A stretch of DNA of 45,438 nt from a virus. Lineage: Duplodnaviria; Caudoviricetes. Shown here piece by piece: positions 18,743 to 26,352 of the stretch. The notes under the pieces are model-generated. The model did not search any database and had not been told where the DNA came from. It saw only the letters and a program-made list of their open reading frames with translations. A program made the position numbers and the translations under genes. Where the stretch lies: positions 1-45,438 of the IMG/VR virus record IMGVR_UViG_3300048598_000488. The stretch is one strand, 5' to 3'. Each line of letters starts with the position of its first letter. Positions within the stretch are counted from its first letter, which is position 1.

Positions 18743-19267
18743 GTGAAAACAGATGAAACTAAAAGACTTGAACATAGCATCTGGAAGGCTACTTGCAAAA
18801 TGGGTGTATTCGGTTGTATGGAGGTAACTATTGGATGGTTCGGAAAAGAAAGAGTTGACTATATGACATATGACACCAACGGAATATTTAGGTGTTATGA
18901 AATCAAGGTTACTAAGTCGGATTTTAAAAGCAAAGCTCATAATACTTTTGTCGGGCACTTCAATTATTATGTTTTAACCGAGGATCTATACAAGCAAGTC
19001 AAGGAAGATATTCCAGATCATATAGGAGTTTATGTTGATAGTATTTGTAGGAAAAGAGCAAAAAGGCAGCCGTTAACGGTTGATGAAAAAATATTAAAAG
19101 ATTCACTAATTAGGTCACTTCACAGAGAAGCCGAAAAGATTTACAAGAGTAATAACGTTTCATTAATTGAACAAAAAAATCAGAGGATTAATAGACTTGA
19201 AAAAGAGTTGGTTGAGGCAAATAGAAGGTATTTTGAGTTATTAGGAAGAGGTGTTGTTAATGAATAG
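18743..19267 (+). CDS. PD-(D/E)xK-like (MmcB-like) nuclease-fold protein
   Basis: EV..ERVDYM..CYEIKVTKSDF..NYYV. Confidence 0.6.
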   Translation: MKTDETKRLEHSIWKATCKMGVFGCMEVTIGWFGKERVDYMTYDTNGIFRCYEIKVTKSDFKSKAHNTFVGHFNYYVLTEDLYKQVKEDIPDHIGVYVDSICRKRAKRQPLTVDEKILKDSLIRSLHREAEKIYKSNNVSLIEQKNQRINRLEKELVEANRRYFELLGRGVVNE

Positions 19268-19679
19268 GCAATTAAAGGGCTGGATAGGGAAGCCTACTCC
19301 TAAAAGCATGAAATATGGCAGCGGCTGGGTCAGAGAAATTGATGAGGTATATGTTGATGAAGCATACCAATATTGCGTAATGATAAGGGAAGTTGATACA
19401 CCTTGGGGCAAAGTGCAACATGCAGCTATAAGAAACACTCCAAGCACTGATATACCTTGGGCAGAAAAGCAGCGTATCAAGGATGAGATATTCGGAAAAG
19501 AAGCTACAGCTATAGAGGTTTTCCCTTCTGAAACTGAATTAGTAGATGAAGCGAACATGTATCATCTTTGGGTGCTTCCAGAGGGGTTTACTCTACCATT
19601 TAGCATTAAGGTAAAAGATAGTATAAAGGGAGGATCAAATGAACCAAAATTTAAAATGTTTAATAAGATCAGTTGCTGA
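19260..19679 (+). CDS. Hypothetical phage protein
   Basis: WAEKQRIKDEIFG..AIEVFP..LVDEANMYHLW motif seen in phage proteins. Confidence 0.65.
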   Translation: MNRQLKGWIGKPTPKSMKYGSGWVREIDEVYVDEAYQYCVMIREVDTPWGKVQHAAIRNTPSTDIPWAEKQRIKDEIFGKEATAIEVFPSETELVDEANMYHLWVLPEGFTLPFSIKVKDSIKGGSNEPKFKMFNKISC

Positions 19680-20565
19680 AAATAATCTTCAAAAGGCAAA
19701 ACAATTTGCAAAACTTATTGTTGATAGCGACAAAACTCAATCAAACAAAGGTTTTTGTAATACCATTAATAATATGCTTCAGACATCTGCTATGAATTTA
19801 ATAGAACTACCACATGACATAAAAGGTATTTTGCATATGGAGGATGTTTCTGTTTCTTTTAATGAGGACAGATACTTCTTATCAGATAGGGAGTATGAAG
19901 TAGCAGAAGAGGTATTTGGTATGTACCAAACAAGCCAAAAGTTATCAGAGTTAGGTATCAACTATCTCAATTCGTTAATGCTTCATGGTGTTAGCGGGAC
20001 CGGAAAAACTTTATTTGGAAGATACATTGCATATAAGCTTGATCTGCCATTTGCATATATGAATTTTTCAAATGCAATAAGCAGCTACTTAGGAAGTACC
20101 GCAAAAAATATATCAAAGGCATTTGAACATATTGAAAAACAGAAATGTGTTTTTATGGTTGATGAAGTTGATGCCATCGGTATGAGAAGAGGAAAAGAAG
20201 ATGTTGGGGAAATGGCTAGAATAACAATAGGCCTTATGCAAGCTTTAGACTGCATCAAAAACGATACGATAGTAATAAGTGCAACTAATAGGATCGATAT
20301 GATAGATCCGGCTCTTTTAAGAAGATTTGCTATTGTTCATGAAGTAAAAAGACTTACTCCTGAGGAATTGACGGCACTAATATATAAATATTTAAACGCT
20401 GTAGGGATTAAATATGATGCACATAATATCATTTCATACTGCGAAAATTCTGAAAATACTCAGGCTCTAGTAATAAATGACGTGATAAGATCAATTGCAA
20501 AATCAATAAGATTTGGTACAGAGTTTGTATTAGGGGAGGTTGACCAGGCTAAAATGAAGGAGTGA
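19639..20565 (+). CDS. AAA+ ATPase
   Basis: Walker A GVSGTGKT, Walker B FMVDEVD, SRH ATNRIDMIDPALLRRF. Confidence 0.92.
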   Translation: MNQNLKCLIRSVAENNLQKAKQFAKLIVDSDKTQSNKGFCNTINNMLQTSAMNLIELPHDIKGILHMEDVSVSFNEDRYFLSDREYEVAEEVFGMYQTSQKLSELGINYLNSLMLHGVSGTGKTLFGRYIAYKLDLPFAYMNFSNAISSYLGSTAKNISKAFEHIEKQKCVFMVDEVDAIGMRRGKEDVGEMARITIGLMQALDCIKNDTIVISATNRIDMIDPALLRRFAIVHEVKRLTPEELTALIYKYLNAVGIKYDAHNIISYCENSENTQALVINDVIRSIAKSIRFGTEFVLGEVDQAKMKE

Positions 20566-20571
20566 TGATTG

Positions 20572-20679
20572 ATGTTTTTCTTAGGGATTTTAATAGGAGG
20601 AGTATTAGGTTTTGTAGTGGCCGGACTTACAATGTCTGCAAAAGAAGCAAGCGAAAGACGAAAGAGATACATTAGCTGA
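20572..20679 (+). CDS. Small single-TM peptide (35 aa, not in ORF track)
   Basis: SD AAGGAGTG; MFFLGILIGGVLGFVVAGLTMSAKEASERRKRYIS. Confidence 0.55.
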   Translation: MFFLGILIGGVLGFVVAGLTMSAKEASERRKRYIS

Positions 20680-20685
20680 AGAGTA

Positions 20686-20720
20686 AATAAAAAAGCTCCT
20701 ATTAAAGGAGCTTTTTTATT
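20686..20720. terminator. Bidirectional intrinsic terminator between convergent operons
   Basis: AATAAAAAAGCTCCT-ATTAA-AGGAGCTTTTTTATT perfect 15-bp inverted repeat. Confidence 0.9.
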
Positions 20721-20727
20721 TGGGCAT

Positions 20728-21108
20728 TTACAAGGATTTGAATATATTCTTTAACTCAGTAAAGTAACCATTTACTAATTCATTTCCATTATCGATAGTA
20801 TAAACTTTTTTATTGCTATTTCTCATGTCATCAAGGAATTTATATAATTCTTCACTGTCCCTGAAAAGCATACTAACACTTATTGTTGCTACAGAATCTA
20901 ATTTATTACTATGTAAATCCTCTAAAAGGCATTTTAAATGAGTTCTTTCAGTAGTCATACCACTTACATTATCATCAATGTAGTAGTCAATAATTTCAAC
21001 CTGATTTTCTTTAGCCCATAACTGCAATCGTGATTTGTGAAGATTCATTGTCTCTGGATCAGAAACACTACCATAACGGATGTAAATACCTACTTTATCC
21101 ATAAACAT
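20728..21108 (-). CDS. Stand-alone serine recombinase catalytic-fold domain, probably inactive
   Basis: YIRYGS (vs YxRVST), YIDDNVSG..ER..L..LL, SMLFR (vs DRLxR); 126 aa, no DNA-binding domain. Confidence 0.75.
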   Translation of the reverse strand: MFMDKVGIYIRYGSVSDPETMNLHKSRLQLWAKENQVEIIDYYIDDNVSGMTTERTHLKCLLEDLHSNKLDSVATISVSMLFRDSEELYKFLDDMRNSNKKVYTIDNGNELVNGYFTELKNIFKSL

Positions 21109-21181
21109 ACCCCTTTACATTAATTTACTTAATTCACTATATCATAAGAAATAAATTAAGGAAAGGTTAATACCTTTCCTT

Positions 21182-21340
21182 TTAAAAGTCAAACTCTCTA
21201 TCCAAAGTACCATTATCGCATTTATCTTTACAATCTTGACAGAAGCATTCACCAAACAGTTTATTGAACCATGCTGCAACAAGACCGCAAAAACATTTCT
21301 CCTCTTCCATACCAACTTTATCTACTTTTACCCATATCAT
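21182..21340 (-). CDS. Small Cys-rich protein (52 aa, not in ORF track)
   Basis: SD AGGAGG; MIWVKVDKVGMEEEKCFCGLVAAWFNKLFGECFCQDCKDKCDNGTLDREFDF. Confidence 0.55.
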   Translation of the reverse strand: MIWVKVDKVGMEEEKCFCGLVAAWFNKLFGECFCQDCKDKCDNGTLDREFDF

Positions 21341-21356
21341 TTTGATAACAAACCTC

Positions 21357-21599
21357 CTATGCTTTTTTTAGTGGCTTCATCAATTCTTTTAACTTATCAA
21401 TAAACGAAGCTTTTCTCCGAAACGATATGTAATTTCTGGTACATATGTTTTTAAAATAGTCCCTTCCTTTGTCGGTATACATATACATGTAATCTTCTGG
21501 ATTCTTTAATCCTCTGTTTATTGCATTCTGAAATGCTTCCTTGGGGTCCCTGATGTCCAGTTGTGCGAAAATTGAATCTCTATTTCTCTTAATTTCCAT
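21357..21599 (-). CDS. Hypothetical protein
   Basis: SD GGAGG; overlaps BRO gene stop. Confidence 0.6.
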   Translation of the reverse strand: MEIKRNRDSIFAQLDIRDPKEAFQNAINRGLKNPEDYMYMYTDKGRDYFKNICTRNYISFRRKASFIDKLKELMKPLKKA

Positions 21600-22410
21600 A
21601 ATAATCCTCCAGTGAATTCATATAATATTCCCCGACAACCCTTTTGTTTGAATTAGACTTATATTGAATCAATCCTTTTTCCACAAGAGTACTACGAGCT
21701 TTTGCCAGTGTTTTATCAGTTATACCAAGTTTACTTTGCAATGTCGAATTGGATGCTTTAAACCATCCGGTATAATTGAAACTGTATTTTAATTCTATAA
21801 GTGCATACCAAAGTGCCTGAGCTGTTGAACCTATTTGCAATGTTTCTGCAAGCTGCCTGAATTTATGTATATCGTTTGTCGTGCTATCATTGGATTGAAT
21901 CTGCGGCAGTTCAATATCTCCAGCGAGCAAATGTAAAGCTTGTAACCTTACCTTTTTGACTAATACCTGGTCCGATTCATTGGACACTGTCTTCATCAGT
22001 TCCTTGGCTTGCCTGATTTTTGTATTCAGGATTTTATTCTCTGTTTCCATTGCCTTAATCTTTAACCGCTCTGCAGATTCATTAAAACCATACTGGCCAG
22101 TTTTGCGGATTGACGGAATAACTTCATGAGTTATCCATCGTTTGAATTGTTTTGCTTCGGGCTTGTTGGATGTTAAAATTAATGAATATAAACCGGATTC
22201 GTTAATGACAGTCATTTTTTGATTACCGCCAAGGGTACGAATTATATTCGTATCCTTTTCATCACCGTCTAATCTGCTAACGGTTTTAGATACATCAGTT
22301 AGTTCTAAAATGTCGCAAACGTCCTTAGCTACCCACCAAGGTTCGTTATCCTTTACCACTGTTCTTATTTCTTTAATGCCATAATTAAAAATCTGTAATT
22401 CTTTCGACAT
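21589..22410 (-). CDS. BRO-N antirepressor fused to an initiator-type winged HTH
   Basis: EPWWVAKDVCDIL, INESGLYSLILTSNKPEAKQFKRWITHEVIPSIRKTGQY; C-term aligns without gaps to initiator N-term. Confidence 0.9.
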   Translation of the reverse strand: MSKELQIFNYGIKEIRTVVKDNEPWWVAKDVCDILELTDVSKTVSRLDGDEKDTNIIRTLGGNQKMTVINESGLYSLILTSNKPEAKQFKRWITHEVIPSIRKTGQYGFNESAERLKIKAMETENKILNTKIRQAKELMKTVSNESDQVLVKKVRLQALHLLAGDIELPQIQSNDSTTNDIHKFRQLAETLQIGSTAQALWYALIELKYSFNYTGWFKASNSTLQSKLGITDKTLAKARSTLVEKGLIQYKSNSNKRVVGEYYMNSLEDYYGN

Positions 22411-22434
22411 ACTGTGTCCTCCTATATAATTTGC

Positions 22435-22496
22435 ACGGACTTGTGACCGTTGGCTACTGCCAGTGCATTAACAGGGCTTATGCCCTGTCACTCTGC
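22435..22496 (-). ncRNA. Twister-like self-cleaving ribozyme, type-P5 permutation
   Basis: Minus strand GCAGAGUG-ACAGGGC-AUAA-GCCCUGU-U^AAUGC-ACU-GGC-AGUA-GCC-A-ACGGUCACAAGUCCGU: P1, P2, P3, P4 and both pseudoknots (CAC/GUG, AC/GU) can form. Confidence 0.8.
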
Positions 22497-22726
22497 AATT
22501 CTCTAATTTCTCTCTGTAAAGCACTAATTTGATACTCTTTTTCTGATATCTTCTTAGCCCTAGGGTATAAGTCATAAAATATTGTCATACCATGCTTTTT
22601 GTACATTTCCACAACCTGTTCTTTTTCACTTATTCCAGGATAGTTCATATATACAATTTCTATCATTTCATATATTTCATCTGTGACTTCCGCATCTATA
22701 AGATTCTCAAATTCATGTTTCATCAT
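22478..22726 (-). CDS. Hypothetical phage protein
   Basis: SD AGGGGG; MMKHEFENLI..YEMIEIVYMNYP. Confidence 0.65.
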   Translation of the reverse strand: MMKHEFENLIDAEVTDEIYEMIEIVYMNYPGISEKEQVVEMYKKHGMTIFYDLYPRAKKISEKEYQISALQREIRELQSDRA

Positions 22727-22739
22727 TGTAAATTCCCCC

Positions 22740-23141
22740 TCATATTATTCCTGTATATACAGTTTCAGTTTTTAAAGTTTCTATATATGCCAAAGCATCA
22801 TGTGCCTTGTCTCTTTTAATGTCCATCTTTATCATGGCTAATTCAAGCATACGATTCATTTCTCTATACTTTAATTCACTCTCTAGTATGTAGGTATATA
22901 CCTCGTTTAATTGGGATTTTATATTGAAAGTAGGAGTATTTGAACGGTTCCCAAGATTCTCAAGGGCCCGGCATTGATCTTGTAAAGTCGCCTGTGAATT
23001 AACTAGTATGATAGGCTCATTGACAGTACTGACCTTAACTTTAACCGCTGGTACTTGTAATTTGATATCACAGTAAAATTCGAAAACTTCACTTTTACTG
23101 TTCTCAGAAATGAATTTTGACTTCTTAAGTTTAATTTGCAT
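22740..23141 (-). CDS. Hypothetical protein
   Basis: Start moved to ATG 23141 after SD AGGAGG. Confidence 0.6.
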   Translation of the reverse strand: MQIKLKKSKFISENSKSEVFEFYCDIKLQVPAVKVKVSTVNEPIILVNSQATLQDQCRALENLGNRSNTPTFNIKSQLNEVYTYILESELKYREMNRMLELAMIKMDIKRDKAHDALAYIETLKTETVYTGII

Positions 23142-23216
23142 AATAATCCTCCTCTGATACACCCATTGGAGGATTGCCATTTGCCATACCATAGAATCAA
23201 TAACACATAACATATA

Positions 23217-23324
23217 TTGATAATGTTGTAGACCTATGGTATATTAAAAATGACATTACCCTTTTGGGTGTTGTTCTTGTTTAGGAAGTCTGTAAGTTTG
23301 CGAGACCGATCAGGCTTCCTTTTA
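23217..23324 (+). ncRNA. Putative ~75-nt antisense sRNA with promoter, inside the leftward operon
   Basis: TTGATA (23217-22), 17 bp, TGn-TATATT (23240-45); hairpin TACCC-TTTT-GGGTG, then AGGAAGTCTG..CAGGCTTCCT plus T-tract. Confidence 0.6.
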
Positions 23325-23492
23325 ATTTTGTTTGTTATTGTCAATCCACTTAATAACTGCTTCTTTTTCGAATCGAACACTTCTACCGATCTTTACGAAT
23401 GGCAAACCTTTTTCGCGCCATCTTTCCAAGGTTTTTCTTGTAACTTTTAACCATTTGCACATTTCATCAACGGTTAAAAATTCTTTATCCAT
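23322..23492 (-). CDS. Excisionase-like (HTH_17/MerR-like) DNA-binding protein (56 aa, not in ORF track)
   Basis: SD GGAGGTGA; MDKEFLTVDEMCKWLKVTRKTLERWREKGLPFVKIGRSVRFEKEAVIKWIDNNKQN. Confidence 0.88.
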   Translation of the reverse strand: MDKEFLTVDEMCKWLKVTRKTLERWREKGLPFVKIGRSVRFEKEAVIKWIDNNKQN

Positions 23493-23522
23493 GATTCACC
23501 TCCAGATTTTTCATTGAGTAGA

Positions 23523-23606
23523 TATAAGACATTATAGGACATTATGAAACGTATGTCAATATAATTATGTTAAATTATTGCTGTCAGCAAATAAGTGTAA
23601 TATAAT
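23523..23606. promoter_or_regulatory. Divergent sigma-A promoters with 10-bp direct repeats
   Basis: Minus: TTGACA (23559-54), 17 bp, TATAAT (23536-31), overlapped by TATAAGACAT/TATAGGACAT/TATGAAACGT; plus: TTGCTG (23578-83), 17 bp, TATAAT (23601-06). Confidence 0.75.
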
Positions 23607-23639
23607 CATGGTAAAATTATCTATCAGAGAGTGTATATT

Positions 23640-24104
23640 ATGAAAAAGTATTTAATCTTAGGTGCTATTGTTGGAGTTTTAATATCTGTAATTGGTTTTA
23701 GGGTTTATAAGTATTATAACTATTCCGGTGAGCTTATAGGAATAAAAGGGGCATATACATACCACAAAGATAATTGTGCCTTTGTTAAAAAGGCAGGTGC
23801 TGATAAACTTATATTTATTGATAGCCTGAAAGAAGCTGCGGAGCATGACTACAGATCATGTAAAAGTTGTGATCCTCCAAGTAACGAAAAGTATGTTGCA
23901 GAAATTGAAAAGCAAAAAGAGTTAGATCGTAAGAAAGCTGAGGAACAAAAACAAGCTTGGGAAAAAGAAAAGTTATCTAAAGTCAAACAAGACTTCATAG
24001 ATGGGAAGTCTTTAAAATCATCTGATGTAATAGATCTATACGACAAAGGACTTATAACTAAGGATGAATATGATGCTTATGAATCTAAATTTTCTATAAA
24101 ATAA
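23640..24104 (+). CDS. Membrane-anchored protein with Ada-type metal-binding domain and SHOCT-like tail (moron)
   Basis: N-term TM; YHKDNC..EAAEHDYRSCKSC; LYDKGLITKDEYDA; own promoter and downstream hairpin. Confidence 0.7.
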   Translation: MKKYLILGAIVGVLISVIGFRVYKYYNYSGELIGIKGAYTYHKDNCAFVKKAGADKLIFIDSLKEAAEHDYRSCKSCDPPSNEKYVAEIEKQKELDRKKAEEQKQAWEKEKLSKVKQDFIDGKSLKSSDVIDLYDKGLITKDEYDAYESKFSIK

Positions 24105-24139
24105 TTGATAATTTTTATTTAAAAATATATAATTTTCAC

Positions 24140-24182
24140 AAACCTTGCAAACCAGTATTTATAACTTCTGCAAGGTTTTTTG
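24140..24182 (+). terminator. Terminator-like inverted repeat
   Basis: AAACCTTGCA..TGCAAGGTTT followed by Ts; loop is long. Confidence 0.45.
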
Positions 24183-24409
24183 TTATCACAAATCTATCAA
24201 AAATTATAAAAATCTATATAATTTTATATAAAAATTTAATAATTTTCATATGTTTTTCGCATTTTTCTCATATTTCTGCAATTGCAATCAGCCTTAAAGC
24301 CAGTGAAATCAACTTCTACAAGACTGTTTTTGGAATAACTAAAAAACCTATTATATAATATAATCAGGCTTTATTATTTGGCGTGACCATTTTACTCCTT
24401 TCCGGCAGG

Positions 24410-24440
24410 AGGACAACCCTTCTTCATAGGTTGTCCTTTT
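24410..24440 (+). terminator. Intrinsic terminator
   Basis: AGGACAACC..GGTTGTCCT-TTT. Confidence 0.65.
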
Positions 24441-24479
24441 GTTGTTATAGGTAGGATATGGCAAATAAATTACCAGTTA

Positions 24480-24683
24480 GCTATCGGAGATTTTACGACA
24501 GTTACATAAAACTACCGGAGAATTTCCGATAGTTGAAAGTTTTACCCCCTGTATTAACGAAGATATTACCGGAAAATTTCCGGTAGTGGGCCAGTTTCTT
24601 CTTTATAATAAAATATAAACAAAACTATATAGTATATCTTAGTATATATAGTATAGGAAAACTACCGTAAAAATTCCGGTAGT
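24480..24683. repeat. Four 23-bp palindromes matching the initiator-gene iterons (second origin-like locus)
   Basis: ACTACCGGA-N5-TCCGGTAGT-like copies at 24480, 24511, 24565, 24661; 22-bp and 24-bp blocks identical to 10058-10079 and 10111-10134. Confidence 0.8.
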
Positions 24684-24712
24684 CAATTTCCAGTTTTATG
24701 TGAGGGATTTTT

Positions 24713-25198
24713 ATGGATGAAGATGAAAAGCTATTTCAGGAGTCATATGAGCTTAGAGAACTTGCAGAACAGATAATAGTAAAGCGTAGAGAACTCCATT
24801 GGCTTGTAGAAGCTGATATAGTGCCGCTTATAGGATATGTTAAAGCTGCAGAGAACAAAAAGCCTAATAAAGGTAAAGTTCCTTTTGCAGACTGTAGGAA
24901 GGTTTCTGGACCAGTTAAAGCTTTTTGCCCATATGAAATGCTTATAACAGTTTATCCTAATGCTTATGACCTTTTAAATTACAACCAGTTTAAAATTATG
25001 ATGCTTCATGAACTTAAACACGTTGGGGAAGGCAAAGACGGCTTAACGGTAAAACCACATAACGTTGAGGATTTCTATAGCATACTTTCTGAGTTCGGGA
25101 TTGAATGGACTCATTACAATAACGAGAATCTGCCAGATATTTTAACAGAGGAAGAAGGTGAGAAGGATGAAAAGGAAAAGCCAAAAAAGAAACAATAA
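24713..25198 (+). CDS. Putative phage metallopeptidase
   Basis: MLHELKH (HExxH) and PHNVEDF; directly upstream of TerS. Confidence 0.8.
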   Translation: MDEDEKLFQESYELRELAEQIIVKRRELHWLVEADIVPLIGYVKAAENKKPNKGKVPFADCRKVSGPVKAFCPYEMLITVYPNAYDLLNYNQFKIMMLHELKHVGEGKDGLTVKPHNVEDFYSILSEFGIEWTHYNNENLPDILTEEEGEKDEKEKPKKKQ

Positions 25199-25673
25199 GG
25201 GCAGCAAAGGCAAGGAGAAGGGTTCGCAAAGTTGCTCAAAACCTGAGAAACTGGATCATAAGCCCTGGATGCCTCAACCAAAGCAAATTAAAATGATAGA
25301 GTTGCTTATCGACCTAGACGATAGACGAAACAAAGAGGAAAAATGCAAAGAAGTTGGCATATCTCGCAGAACTCTTTATAACTGGTTTCAAGATGCTAAT
25401 TTTGTTGCATACATGAATAACCGGTTAGAACTATCAACCGATGCAGAGCTTGTTGATATGTGGAGGTCGCTTAAGAGCGTAGCCAAAAGAGGCAATGTGC
25501 AAGCCTTAAGAACATACTTTGAGCTTAAAGGCAAGCTCAGAAACCAAATGGAGGTCACCGGGAAGGACGGAGGGCCAATTGAAACCCAGGGGAATGTTGA
25601 GATTGTTTTCAATATGCCGCGGCCGCCAGGGAAGAGGGAAGCGGATCCAGAGGAAGGAGAGGACAATGGGTAG
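25167..25673 (+). CDS. terS: Terminase small subunit (HTH type)
   Basis: CKEVGISRRTLYNWFQDANF HTH, GNVQA, C-term EVTGKDGGPIE. Confidence 0.75.
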   Translation: MKRKSQKRNNKGSKGKEKGSQSCSKPEKLDHKPWMPQPKQIKMIELLIDLDDRRNKEEKCKEVGISRRTLYNWFQDANFVAYMNNRLELSTDAELVDMWRSLKSVAKRGNVQALRTYFELKGKLRNQMEVTGKDGGPIETQGNVEIVFNMPRPPGKREADPEEGEDNG

Positions 25674-25896
25674 TTTTTTAGCAGGTTTAATTGCTGCGGT
25701 GGTAGCCGGAGTAGCCGGATTAATAGGTGGGGTGCTGTTAATCTTATTAGCAGAAGGGATTAAAGCATGTAAGAGAAGATTCTTGGCTCCAAAGAGAACT
25801 TGTGAAAATTGTATTAGGCATCATACCATAGATTGCCCGAATTCCGAATTGTGTTACTCAAGAAAAGATAAGCCTTATTGGCAATGGAAATTTTAA
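25666..25896 (+). CDS. Small membrane protein with Cys motif
   Basis: SD GGAGAGG; TM segment then CENC..C..C. Confidence 0.5.
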   Translation: MGSFLAGLIAAVVAGVAGLIGGVLLILLAEGIKACKRRFLAPKRTCENCIRHHTIDCPNSELCYSRKDKPYWQWKF

Positions 25897-25908
25897 ATTC
25901 GAAAGGAC

Positions 25909-26190
25909 GTGGAGAAGATGCCAGCAGAGATTATATTCCGCAAGGAAGGCGAAGACACTAAAAAGATTGAGGTCAGAGGTCAAAATACACAAATAAGCAT
26001 TAACAGTTATGGTCACTTGGCAATCAGGGAGTTCACAGGAAACACACAAGATCAGCTTATAGTGTTCGATCAGGCTACAACGGAACAAATTATTCATTTT
26101 ATCTTCAAGAACCGCAGCACATTGGAATTTAAGCAACTTTTAAAGGATTTAATCCGAATAAAAGTTAAGGATGATGAATTGCCGTTTTAA
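25909..26190 (+). CDS. Hypothetical protein
   Basis: 93 aa ORF, ends DDELPF. Confidence 0.6.
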   Translation: MEKMPAEIIFRKEGEDTKKIEVRGQNTQISINSYGHLAIREFTGNTQDQLIVFDQATTEQIIHFIFKNRSTLEFKQLLKDLIRIKVKDDELPF

Positions 26191-26352
26191 AATGGCGGAT
26201 TGTTATAACCATTGTGTGGATAGCTGTGGTTGCGTGTGGTTTGTTTCTACCCATAAAAGCATATTTAAGAGGGTAATTTGATTAACCGAGATAAAAATTG
26301 AAATTTGGGGCAATTTTGGACGAAATAAGTCCATATGAGAAATGGAGGAAAA

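Noticed and set aside
23250-23517. Plus-strand ORFs 23250..23450 and 23332..23517
   Set aside because: Shadows of the minus-strand Xis-like gene, which has a clear SD, promoter and HTH motif
24458-24532. 24-aa ORF MANKLPVSYRRFYDSYIKLPENFR
   Set aside because: Very short and overlaps the palindromic repeats; no coding support beyond a weak SD
24480-24683. Palindromic repeats as a mini-CRISPR
   Set aside because: Spacing is irregular (8, 31 and 73 bp between copies) and the repeats match the initiator gene, which fits iterons
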